The notes below the pieces were generated by a model, which was not told where the DNA came from, made no database searches, and saw nothing but the letters and a program-made list of their open reading frames with translations. From positions 1 through 37,088 of the IMG/VR virus record IMGVR_UViG_3300037482_000223: a stretch of 37,088 nucleotides of DNA; one strand, written 5' to 3'. Below are positions 1 through 7,867 of this stretch, piece by piece (the first letter of the stretch is position 1; each line of letters begins with the position of its first letter). This stretch comes from a virus (taxonomy: Duplodnaviria > Caudoviricetes). Made by a program: the position numbers and the translations under genes.

Positions 1-127
1 CGAACAGTTGCGACACGTTCGCGTAGGTCATCGAATCGCCCGACCCGCCAGTAACAGGAAGCCCCGCCAGAAACGGGGGGACCCCGAGAAGCTGCGCGAT
101 GCGGGATTCAGTGAACTGGGACACCTC
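1..127. repeat. Terminal direct repeat, identical to 36962-37088 (circular assembly overlap)
   Basis: The 127 bp match is exact, interrupts the portal ORF in frame, and 127 is a common assembler k-mer size. Confidence 0.95.
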
Positions 128-958
128 GAGCATGGCCAGATCTCGAGGTGACATGACTTGATGGTCGACCAGCTTGATGTTCCTATCCAAAACTGGCGGT
201 AACCCCAAACCTGCCAAGCGGGCAAGCGCCCATTCATCGCGAATGTCCTTGGCGTCATCTGCGGTCAAATCCTGGTCGGTTTCCAACGTCTGTCCTGCGT
301 CGCCTCCGGTCTCTGCCACAGTCCGGATGTACTTCATCAGCACGCCGGCAGTCAACATCCGCCCACCAGCATTGGCCAAAGGCCCCACTCCATGCGCGTC
401 AGCCGTCGTTGACTTGTAGCGCACATGAAGGATCTCATCAGAAACGTCCCGGCCCCCCGGCCCCATTCGATAGATCCTTCCACCACCACGAATCTCCACG
501 TCGACCACCCATGGTGGGATTACCCGGAATGTCATCGGACGGTCGTCGGCGAACGTGGTCATCGGCAAGATGAACACCTCACCAAGCAGGTAATCCCAGA
601 TGTATTGTTTGATAAACTCACTCCAACCCGTGTAGATCGTCGGATCAGGGTTCGACATCCATGACGCCGGACCGACAACTTCCCCCCCAACGGTCCGGTA
701 GGCGGGCATCGACGACACGACCCTCGAGTTGATGTCCAAACACATCCACGCCACGTCAATGAGTTCGTTGAACCGGGAACCAAAATCCCAATTCGGCACA
801 TTCCACTCAGCAGGCCATCCCGCCCATGGAGACGGCAGAGGCCGGGGCAACGCCCGGGATTCGGTAGGAGTCCAGTCGCCCACCAACTCCACACCCTGGG
901 CGTCGCCTGGATTCGCGTTAGTTGTGGTATCAGCAAACCAGTTCGACCAGAACGCCAT
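1..958 (-). CDS. Portal protein, HK97 family, 5' part (continues across the junction to 36696; about 407 aa in total)
   Basis: ATG at 958 abuts the TerL stop. Translation MAFWSNWF…VAWMCLDINSRVVSSMP…EILHVRY…HGVGPL is in frame with ORF 36696-37085 (IAQLLGVPPFLAG…TYANV). It lies between TerL and the protease. Confidence 0.93.
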   Translation of the reverse strand, partial: MAFWSNWFADTTTNANPGDAQGVELVGDWTPTESRALPRPLPSPWAGWPAEWNVPNWDFGSRFNELIDVAWMCLDINSRVVSSMPAYRTVGGEVVGPASWMSNPDPTIYTGWSEFIKQYIWDYLLGEVFILPMTTFADDRPMTFRVIPPWVVDVEIRGGGRIYRMGPGGRDVSDEILHVRYKSTTADAHGVGPLANAGGRMLTAGVLMKYIRTVAETGGDAGQTLETDQDLTADDAKDIRDEWALARLAGLGLPPVLDRNIKLVDHQVMSPRDLAMLEVSQFTESRIAQLLGVPPFLAGLPVTGGSGDSMTYANVSQLF

Positions 959-2374
959 TCAGGAAACCTCCGATAACGAATAGATCCTCGGCCTCCGCGG
1001 TGGCGTCACTACCTGGGTCGCCTGGTGGACCGCCACCGCCATCGCGATCACCCCGCGGGACTGGGGGGAGCGAAGCAGTCGCCAGCCACCCACCTCGGTC
1101 TCTTTGGCCACCGCCCCCAGCACCTGGGACCGCAACACCGGGTCACCGTCGTGGCGCAACCGGCCCTCGCGGATCGTCTCCAACAACACCGAGCTGAACG
1201 CCGACAACCGTTGAGCCCGGTACGGATGCCAGGCCACCGGCAGCCCACGAGCCTCTAGGATCTCCGCGGAGCGGCGGAACTCCTCGGAGCCCCACACGAT
1301 TTCCTTAACATCGAAGGACTCGGCCAGGGCGATCAGCCTTTGCTCGATGAACGCCAACGGCACCTCTCCATCACCGATCTCGGTACGGACCGCCACCGCG
1401 TCGTTGTCCCGCCGTGCGGCGTAAGCCACCCCCGGGTTGGTGCCAGCGTCGACCGCCACCCAGATCTCCTCGCCTTCGACCACACCACCGATGTCCACCG
1501 CCAGCGAATCCCAATCCTTGGCCTCGAGCCAGGCGTCATCAGGCACCCCCCACACCCCGCAGGCATACCTGGCCCAGCGGGCCGGAGTCATCAAAGGGGA
1601 GTTCTTGCGACGGGCCAGCTCGGCGACAGTGAGCCGTTTCAACGGGTTGGCCCTCTTCACCACCCGCAGGTCGTCCCGGTCGTCGTCATCAGCCAGCGAC
1701 CATTCGTGGAGTACAAACGCCCCATCATCAGACCTGGCGTGGCAATACGCTCCACGGCGCCGATACGAACCGAACCCTTCAGCACGGGTACGGATCTGAC
1801 CTAGTGGGGAAGCCTCGTCCAACCCAGCCGTGGAAATGGTCACCATCCGCCCCGACCGGGCGTCAATACCATCGGACAGGACCCCGTAAAGCTCACCGTT
1901 CGGGTGACGGTGCAACTCGTCCACCAGCGCCAGGGTCGGCAACACCCCGTCAGCCGTCTTAGCGTCCGCGGCGATCACCCGGATACGAGCCGAAGCGTCA
2001 TCCACCCGACGGATCTGACGGTAAGCCCCACCAAACCGGCCCCGCACTTCCAGACTATCGGCCAACGCCGATGACTCCACCATGTCAGCCGCCTGCTCGA
2101 ACAGGATCCCCGCCTGCTCCGCCGACGAAGCCACCACCACCACATCAGCCTTCGGCCAAGCCGTCAAGTGGTACAACGCCAGAGCAGCGAACAGAGTCGT
2201 CTTCCCGTTCTTCTTCGGGACCACCACCACCTCTTCAACTACCCCAGCGAAATGGTCCCGCAGGATCCGCTTCTGGAACGGCTCGAGAACCAACGGCGAC
2301 CCATCCTTCAACGGCAAGCCCTGGCAGAAACGCTCGAAACCGGCCAGGGAGTACACCGTTTTTTTAGGTGGCAC
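959..2374 (-). CDS. terL: Terminase large subunit (Terminase_1/HK97-like)
   Basis: LEPFQ motif, Walker A VPKKNGKTT, Walker B LALVDELH, coupling motif ISTAG, KRANP; directly upstream of the portal. Confidence 0.95.
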   Translation of the reverse strand: MPPKKTVYSLAGFERFCQGLPLKDGSPLVLEPFQKRILRDHFAGVVEEVVVVPKKNGKTTLFAALALYHLTAWPKADVVVVASSAEQAGILFEQAADMVESSALADSLEVRGRFGGAYRQIRRVDDASARIRVIAADAKTADGVLPTLALVDELHRHPNGELYGVLSDGIDARSGRMVTISTAGLDEASPLGQIRTRAEGFGSYRRRGAYCHARSDDGAFVLHEWSLADDDDRDDLRVVKRANPLKRLTVAELARRKNSPLMTPARWARYACGVWGVPDDAWLEAKDWDSLAVDIGGVVEGEEIWVAVDAGTNPGVAYAARRDNDAVAVRTEIGDGEVPLAFIEQRLIALAESFDVKEIVWGSEEFRRSAEILEARGLPVAWHPYRAQRLSAFSSVLLETIREGRLRHDGDPVLRSQVLGAVAKETEVGGWRLLRSPQSRGVIAMAVAVHQATQVVTPPRRPRIYSLSEVS

Positions 2375-2392
2375 GCTGAGAGCTCTCTTGGC

Positions 2393-2728
2393 TCATGTCG
2401 TGGGGAAAAAACGGGAACGCTTCGCCTTTGCGATCCTGTGACCTTGGGCTCGGTTGTGGCTGCGGTGTTCGGCCCGGTAGTTGGATCGCATGGATTTGCC
2501 GCCGAGGCTGAGTGCGACGATGTGGCCGGCTTCGAGGGGGTCACCGGGGAGGGGGCCTAATCCGCAGAGGGCGCAGACCTTCTCTTCCCGTTTGACCTGT
2601 TTGGCGATCCGGTCGTGGGTGGAGTCGTGGAGGCGGGGCCCGGTAGGGGTGGATCTACCGTGGAGGGAGCACCGGGATCTACCTTGTGGAGAAGGGGCAC
2701 CACAGATGATGCAGGCTCGGCGGGGCAT
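2393..2728 (-). CDS. HNH endonuclease (terminase-associated, HK97 gp74-like)
   Basis: CIICG…CSLH, CALCG…GHIVALSLGG…NYRAEHRSHN; immediately upstream of TerL. Confidence 0.88.
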   Translation of the reverse strand: MPRRACIICGAPSPQGRSRCSLHGRSTPTGPRLHDSTHDRIAKQVKREEKVCALCGLGPLPGDPLEAGHIVALSLGGKSMRSNYRAEHRSHNRAQGHRIAKAKRSRFFPTT

Positions 2729-2833
2729 AGGGCATCACCTCATCAATGAGACCAGCCCCCGCCTTAGGGATGACGAGGGCTGTTCGGTTGCATAGGAGTC
2801 GGACGCGACTGGTCAGTCGATCCGGTGGGAGTG

Positions 2834-2862
2834 AATCTAGTTACACGCTTGTCATTTCGCAA
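2834..2862 (-). promoter_or_regulatory. Putative sigma70-type late promoter
   Basis: TTGCGA-17 bp-TAGATT on the minus strand, in the intergenic gap upstream of the HNH gene. Confidence 0.5.
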
Positions 2863-2906
2863 CCACCACTAGAGGGTTTCAGTCGGCCAAGGGTGGTTGG
2901 CCGACA

Positions 2907-3320
2907 TTACCAAGGAACGGATGGTTGAGGCGTCTTAGCATCAACGACAACGACCTCCGACGCAACAACCTCGCCAACCAAGTACCTCTTGCCATCAGCA
3001 TCCTTCAGGTAGCGCCTCACAGCAACACCCTCACCAGTAACGAAGTCAGCAATCTCATCAAGCTCGAAGCCGTGATCAACAAACCAAGCTTCCCATTGAT
3101 CTCGATACTCTGGCGGCCACCCCCACCATCGTGCTCGCGATACGATTTGCTCACCCATTCGCTGCCTCCCTAACACCAACAGACGAGCGATAGCCTTACG
3201 CCATGCCCATTCAGGCAGCCACCACGGACGAGGCTGCAAGGCAAGACGGATCTCCTGCTCACGCATCTTCATCCCGGCGACCGTCACCGATTCTGCCCAC
3301 TCTCTAATTACTTCATCCAT
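2907..3320 (-). CDS. Hypothetical protein
   Basis: 137 aa ORF overlapping the upstream gene's stop, with a GGAGG RBS. Confidence 0.7.
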   Translation of the reverse strand: MDEVIREWAESVTVAGMKMREQEIRLALQPRPWWLPEWAWRKAIARLLVLGRQRMGEQIVSRARWWGWPPEYRDQWEAWFVDHGFELDEIADFVTGEGVAVRRYLKDADGKRYLVGEVVASEVVVVDAKTPQPSVPW

Positions 3321-3876
3321 TCGCTACCTCCTTCTCAAACCTCCGCCCGCACCCTCCACACCCCAAACGATACGCCGTGTAGGACTGTTGGACCCCACGT
3401 TTCCTACAGTCCTTCCGATGACAAACCGGGGGGGCAGGCAGCTCATACTCGTATTGGGAGGCTGAGGACACCGCAGCGAACTCGGCGGTCTTCGCCTCCA
3501 GCTTGTTGGTGAACTCTCGGCGCAGGATGTCGAGCTCTCTCACCATGAACCTGACGTCGGCCCGGTGTTTGCGGTGGGTGAGGACGGCCAGCTCGGTGCT
3601 CGAGGTGGAGGCGTTCTCCCCGTCTGGGATGTAGCCGACACGCATGGTGTCCTCGATCGGGGCGCCGCGGGAGGGGTCCTGAAGGTCGGCAGCCTCGGCG
3701 AGGACATGGAGAAGCTTGCGGAGTGGTGGGTAGACGCCCATCAGGTCGAGAATCCGGGGGGTGGCCAGCCAACGCCAGCGGTCGAGACGCTGTCTGGTCT
3801 TGGCGTGGGCGAGCTTCTCTCTGGCGAGCTGACGGTTGAGATCTTCGAGTTTGCGTTCCCAGGAGGACTTACCCAT
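3313..3876 (-). CDS. Hypothetical protein with coiled coil and C-terminal Cys cluster (possible late regulator)
   Basis: 187 aa; CHRKDC…CGGCG; position near the end of the early operon. Confidence 0.65.
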   Translation of the reverse strand: MGKSSWERKLEDLNRQLAREKLAHAKTRQRLDRWRWLATPRILDLMGVYPPLRKLLHVLAEAADLQDPSRGAPIEDTMRVGYIPDGENASTSSTELAVLTHRKHRADVRFMVRELDILRREFTNKLEAKTAEFAAVSSASQYEYELPAPPVCHRKDCRKRGVQQSYTAYRLGCGGCGRRFEKEVANG

Positions 3877-3884
3877 CGCTCATC

Positions 3885-4100
3885 TCACTCGTCCTTCCCA
3901 CTGGAGTCTTCGGGGTCGATCAGCTTCGCCAACTCTCTACGCAAATCCTTGACAGCCTCGCTGAGAGCGAACACCTGGTAGGTGAACGACCTCGCCACCT
4001 CACCATCAGGGACCTTGAACCATTCAGGACGACCCTCGCGGAACCGGCGCATAGTCTCCCGGTCGTAGTTTTCGTTACGCCACCAGCTACGCAGGCTCAT
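3885..4100 (-). CDS. Hypothetical protein
   Basis: 71 aa, translationally coupled, ends GKDE in the junction repeat. Confidence 0.7.
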   Translation of the reverse strand: MSLRSWWRNENYDRETMRRFREGRPEWFKVPDGEVARSFTYQVFALSEAVKDLRRELAKLIDPEDSSGKDE

Positions 4101-4444
4101 CTCACACGCCCATCAAGGTCGTGTCGGGTAAACCTCGCATCCAGAATGCACCCAGCCACACGAACAGCGTCATCCCCAAGGCTGGTACACCCCCGGAGAA
4201 CGTCAGCGAGCTCGGCTAGTTCGCTCTCCTCAGTAGGCGTCCACCGGGTAACAGTCCAGATAGCAGCGGGATCTAAAGCAGCAAAACAGACGGGGCAGAG
4301 AATCCCGCCATCACTCCCATACAACGCCACCCATTCTGGCGAGAACCACGTGATATTCGGCCCACCGCACTGGTGGCAGTAGTCCTCCGGGTGGAAATCC
4401 ACCCACCCCTTCTCACGTTGATCAGCGATTAGCTCAGGGCTCAT
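4097..4444 (-). CDS. Hypothetical Zn-finger protein
   Basis: CHQCG…LCPVCF; starts in the junction repeat. Confidence 0.7.
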   Translation of the reverse strand: MSPELIADQREKGWVDFHPEDYCHQCGGPNITWFSPEWVALYGSDGGILCPVCFAALDPAAIWTVTRWTPTEESELAELADVLRGCTSLGDDAVRVAGCILDARFTRHDLDGRVR

Positions 4445-4445
4445 C

Positions 4446-4607
4446 TCACTCGTCCTTCCCCACTGGGTGAACCGACAGCGAGATATGGCGAATCTCCCCG
4501 CGTTCCACCCTATCGGCCAGACAACGGAGGTAATGGGCGATGCCGTCGCTGCGGTGCTTTGGATACTGCTTCACGAACTGACAATCGCAATTGGTCGTGA
4601 CGTTCAT
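4446..4607 (-). CDS. Small hypothetical protein (53 aa, MNVTTNCDCQ…VGKDE)
   Basis: Translated by hand; starts and stops within copies of the junction repeat and fills the gap exactly. Confidence 0.65.
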   Translation of the reverse strand: MNVTTNCDCQFVKQYPKHRSDGIAHYLRCLADRVERGEIRHISLSVHPVGKDE

Positions 4608-4608
4608 C

Positions 4609-5118
4609 TCACTCGTCCTTCCTGTCTGACCCTTCCCTCAGCTTGGCGTAGTCATCGTCGGCGGTGAGCCAACCGAAGTGCAACGCCGTGTTCCTCAACA
4701 CCGCCTCCAACTGTGGGCTAATGCCGAACCGCTCCCGCTGGATCTCCAACGATCGCGCCAGCGAGCCGTCATCGTGCCGTTCCGTCGCTGCCTTCCAGTC
4801 AGCCAACATCTCAACCAGGTCGACCAGGGTCATACCATTGATCCCATTCTCGAAGTGCTCGGGGTGGTGGCGGTTGTGCGCGTAGTGATGGACGAGGCCT
4901 TCGCCCATCGCCGCGAGGAACCCCTTGTACTCGTCACTGCCGTAGGTCGAGTCGCGCAGCTTCGGGGTGAACTCGTTGAAAATCGCCAACTCCGGGGGTT
5001 CGGTCTTGGAATTGTCATGGCTGGCAGCACGCTCATCGAGTTCCTCCGAGACGGCATCCATGAGTTCCCACACCCTGGCCTGATGCTTGTGCGTGTCGGG
5101 TCGGCTGTCGTAGCTCAT
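4609..5118 (-). CDS. HD-like metal-dependent phosphohydrolase (DUF5662-like)
   Basis: THKH…HDNSK…HHYAHNRHHPEH…EMLADWKAA; start moved to ATG 5118, which overlaps the upstream stop. Confidence 0.8.
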   Translation of the reverse strand: MSYDSRPDTHKHQARVWELMDAVSEELDERAASHDNSKTEPPELAIFNEFTPKLRDSTYGSDEYKGFLAAMGEGLVHHYAHNRHHPEHFENGINGMTLVDLVEMLADWKAATERHDDGSLARSLEIQRERFGISPQLEAVLRNTALHFGWLTADDDYAKLREGSDRKDE

Positions 5119-5456
5119 CCCATCCTCTCTTTCAGTATCCGCGCCTGAGCCTCCCAAGCAGCACGAGCCACACGCCGCGCCTCGTTGCGATCCGCTGCCC
5201 GTATGTTCCACCACGGATGCCCAGCCGATGGGAGGTCTGACGAATCGGCTATAACCATCGCCTCGGCCATTGCTTCGAGGACAGCAGGGGAAGGAAGCCA
5301 GCCGACACCGTGACAGGAGGGGCAGGGTTCGTAGAGTTCGGTGCCGTCAGTGTGAAACTGTGGAACGCCATGGTTGTAGAGAAGCCTGTCGCTCACACCA
5401 CTTCCTTCACATTCCCCGCAGGGCAGCCATCCGAGACGCGAAGAGAGGTCAATCAC
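5115..5456 (-). CDS. Hypothetical protein with DnaJ-type CxxCxGxG zinc finger
   Basis: CGECEGSG…CPSCHGVG; GTG start at 5456 overlaps the upstream TGA. Confidence 0.7.
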   Translation of the reverse strand: MIDLSSRLGWLPCGECEGSGVSDRLLYNHGVPQFHTDGTELYEPCPSCHGVGWLPSPAVLEAMAEAMVIADSSDLPSAGHPWWNIRAADRNEARRVARAAWEAQARILKERMG

Positions 5457-5545
5457 AACTGACCCCACACTCTCGCCAGGAATATCGACAGCACCATCAG
5501 CCAGACGATCACCGTGAACTTGAACACCCATTCGGGATCGCTCAT
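5453..5545 (-). CDS. 30 aa membrane peptide (MSDPEWVFKFTVIVWLMVLSIFLARVWGQL)
   Basis: Translated by hand; 4-bp overlaps at both ends; hydrophobic helix. Confidence 0.6.
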   Translation of the reverse strand: MSDPEWVFKFTVIVWLMVLSIFLARVWGQL

Positions 5546-5829
5546 CCCGTCTTCTCTCTTTCACCGGCATCCGACGAGAACAAGGCAGCCTCTAACGCTC
5601 GCCTGACCTTCCACGGCGCAGGCGTAAAGCGGTCACATGACTCCTCAAGTGACTTATGCGCTACCTCGACCATCTCCTCGGTGACCTCTTGGCGCACATA
5701 CCAGCCCGAGTAGTCGGGACCATCAAACGTGAAGCGCTCATCGCCCGTCCGCGGGTCAGGGTCAACGTCGTGGATGTAGGGCAAGTCATCGCACGGATGC
5801 TTACCGACGAAAACACGGAGGGCGCTCAT
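5542..5829 (-). CDS. Hypothetical protein
   Basis: 95 aa, coupled; C-terminus paralogous to that of 5826-6107. Confidence 0.7.
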   Translation of the reverse strand: MSALRVFVGKHPCDDLPYIHDVDPDPRTGDERFTFDGPDYSGWYVRQEVTEEMVEVAHKSLEESCDRFTPAPWKVRRALEAALFSSDAGEREKTG

Positions 5830-6107
5830 CTCGTCTCCTCTCGTTCACCGGCATCCGACGAGAACAAGGCAGCGGAGAGGATGGCCCTGATTCGCTTGCG
5901 GTCTGTCACTGGCCCTACGCCTGGTCGAAGATTGGCGTATGCCTCGGCTGCCCTTTCGACCATCTCCTCGGAGGGTTCGGAGAGGACGGTGCGAGAACCT
6001 TCTTGACACCAGCCATACCCATTCGTCATGTGGGCCTCGACGCTCCCATGCTCACAATCCTCCTCGATCACGATGCGGCGGCTCACGTCATGTCCAATCT
6101 GCGCCAT
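5826..6107 (-). CDS. Hypothetical protein
   Basis: 93 aa; shares EEMVE…AALFSSDAGERE with its neighbour. Confidence 0.7.
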   Translation of the reverse strand: MAQIGHDVSRRIVIEEDCEHGSVEAHMTNGYGWCQEGSRTVLSEPSEEMVERAAEAYANLRPGVGPVTDRKRIRAILSAALFSSDAGEREETR

Positions 6108-6477
6108 CCCAACTCGTCTCGTTTCTGGTAGTGACCCAGTCGTGCCGGTCCGTCAACACTTCGACCGACCACGGAGAAGCACTCGCCTGACCCGAGGCCA
6201 CAACCACATACGCTTTGTCGAAGTACGCCACGGCCGCTTTCAGCGCTTCTCGCATGCGGCCGGCATCTTCACTTCTGCCGAGAAGGTGGGAGAGTTCCTC
6301 GCGAAGTTCGTCCTCTGCCCAATCAGCGCTCGTGGCTTCACCGATCAATCGCCGCGCGTCGCCTGCCAGCGCGTCATCCGTCGGACGGCTCCAAGTCTTC
6401 TCTTGGAGCTGACTATGCACCTCGCCGAGCGAGAACGCTCCGTCAACGTAGGCGCGAATGACGTCAGCGGGGATCAC
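6088..6477 (-). CDS. Hypothetical protein
   Basis: GTG start overlaps the upstream stop, GGAGG RBS; 129 aa. Confidence 0.65.
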   Translation of the reverse strand: MIPADVIRAYVDGAFSLGEVHSQLQEKTWSRPTDDALAGDARRLIGEATSADWAEDELREELSHLLGRSEDAGRMREALKAAVAYFDKAYVVVASGQASASPWSVEVLTDRHDWVTTRNETSWDGADWT

Positions 6478-6923
6478 GACTCCTCCTCGGCAGGGACGAC
6501 CGCAGCGGGAGCAGCATGATTGGTCCCGTCGGGTAAACGAAAGATGCGGTAACGGCCAGGTTGCAGATAGAAAATCTTGTTGAGCCACGCCCCCTCAGTC
6601 TCAACCCACACCTCCTTCTCCAATTCAGGATGATCGTGCGGATTGGCATGGCCCTCCTCGGCAGGAACGAGAAACACCCTGGCCACTGCGCATCGGTCGG
6701 CGCGGTCAACTCCCGTAGCACACCAGATCTCCCCATTCGGAACCAACGAAGCGTCTCGACGATGCTCCTCACACCACAGAACTTCGGGAGCTTCGACCAC
6801 GGCACGAGCAGCCGCGATAATCGGGTTGATCTCGACCCTGTCACCCTTCTCTTGAATGACGTATAGACCGTCCATCGCGAGCCAATCCAACGCTTCTTTC
6901 AGTCTTGTCCTATCCACCATCAC
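6474..6923 (-). CDS. Hypothetical protein
   Basis: 149 aa with GGAG RBS, in operon. Confidence 0.65.
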   Translation of the reverse strand: MMVDRTRLKEALDWLAMDGLYVIQEKGDRVEINPIIAAARAVVEAPEVLWCEEHRRDASLVPNGEIWCATGVDRADRCAVARVFLVPAEEGHANPHDHPELEKEVWVETEGAWLNKIFYLQPGRYRIFRLPDGTNHAAPAAVVPAEEES

Positions 6924-6932
6924 TGTGTCTCC

Positions 6933-7136
6933 CTATCCGACACGCCGCCATCTTCCTGTCATGTCCAATCTGCGCCATCCCAACTCGTCTCGTATCTGAT
7001 TGATGCATCCCACCAGAGCGAGGGCGTCGCCGCGTTTCGTTCCCCGGTGGACGTGGCCGGTGTAGTCGAGCAGTTCGCCTTGAAGCCGAATTAGTTCTGC
7101 GTCTCTCAACGCGTAGGGGGTCACGGGGATACCCAT
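6933..7136 (-). CDS. Hypothetical protein (67 aa)
   Basis: TGATG coupling to the upstream gene. Confidence 0.65.
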   Translation of the reverse strand: MGIPVTPYALRDAELIRLQGELLDYTGHVHRGTKRGDALALVGCINQIRDELGWRRLDMTGRWRRVG

Positions 7137-7501
7137 CAGCCTGCGTCCTCGGCCGGTTTCCAATTCACACGCGGTCGCATCCGACCGGTAGCCACCCAAC
7201 AGTCACGACACCGAGAGAACTGCGCGGGCATCCCCTTCAACCGCGGAGGCCACAACGCTGCAACCCCATTCGACCCCCACAAGCGCAGCCGTCTTACCCC
7301 ACAGGCAGACGTGAACGTGCCAGACCCCATCACTCCGTCAATGACACTCTCCATGTCCACGGCGTGGATGGTGTTGGGCCACCGTTGCAACACGCCGATG
7401 AGCGGCGCGTCGAACGCCAAGCCGAACAGGTGGGGAGCGTTAGCCGCAGCCCATTGCAACGGCCACTGCTGACGAGTCACGGCAACGGCAGGGGTTCCCA
7501 T
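7136..7501 (-). CDS. Hypothetical Zn-binding protein
   Basis: IHAV…SACG…CRDC; abuts the resolvase stop. Confidence 0.7.
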   Translation of the reverse strand: MGTPAVAVTRQQWPLQWAAANAPHLFGLAFDAPLIGVLQRWPNTIHAVDMESVIDGVMGSGTFTSACGVRRLRLWGSNGVAALWPPRLKGMPAQFSRCRDCWVATGRMRPRVNWKPAEDAG

Positions 7502-7867
7502 CTAGCCCACCCCCTCGCCACACGACTCTGCCAGCAGCTCCAGATAGCGGGGGAGTGTCAAGACCACGATCACCGGGCCGTCCTGGGTGCGGCGTTGGTT
7601 GCCGTCGCGGCGAGTCATCTTCCGCCACACCAAGAAAGTGTGGGGGGTCCCTGATTTGAGCATGGCCTTCTCGAGTGCTCGAGGCACGTTGAGGTTCATC
7701 CGGTCTTTCACCTCGCCGACCCATTCGACGTCGGTGAAGATGCGAACGTCTCCCCGGTCGTTGACCGACCCTTCGGCGAGACGTTCGGCGATGAGCCCGT
7801 AATCCTGTGCTGCACGGACGACGAAGGATTCCATGCGGGTTCCGAGGTCTTTGGGGCGGGTTCTCAT
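7502..7867 (-). CDS. Holliday junction resolvase, PD-(D/E)XK type
   Basis: KDLGTRMES…DRGDV…EVKDR pattern typical of actinophage resolvases. Confidence 0.8.
   Translation of the reverse strand: MRTRPKDLGTRMESFVVRAAQDYGLIAERLAEGSVNDRGDVRIFTDVEWVGEVKDRMNLNVPRALEKAMLKSGTPHTFLVWRKMTRRDGNQRRTQDGPVIVVLTLPRYLELLAESCGEGVG

Noticed and set aside
1-127. Biological terminal repeat
   Set aside because: It splits the portal gene and equals a common assembler k-mer length, so it is best read as an assembly overlap
3878-4622. CRISPR-like or ncRNA repeat array
   Set aside because: The spacers are unequal, hundreds of bp long and are ORFs; the repeats are stop/start junctions
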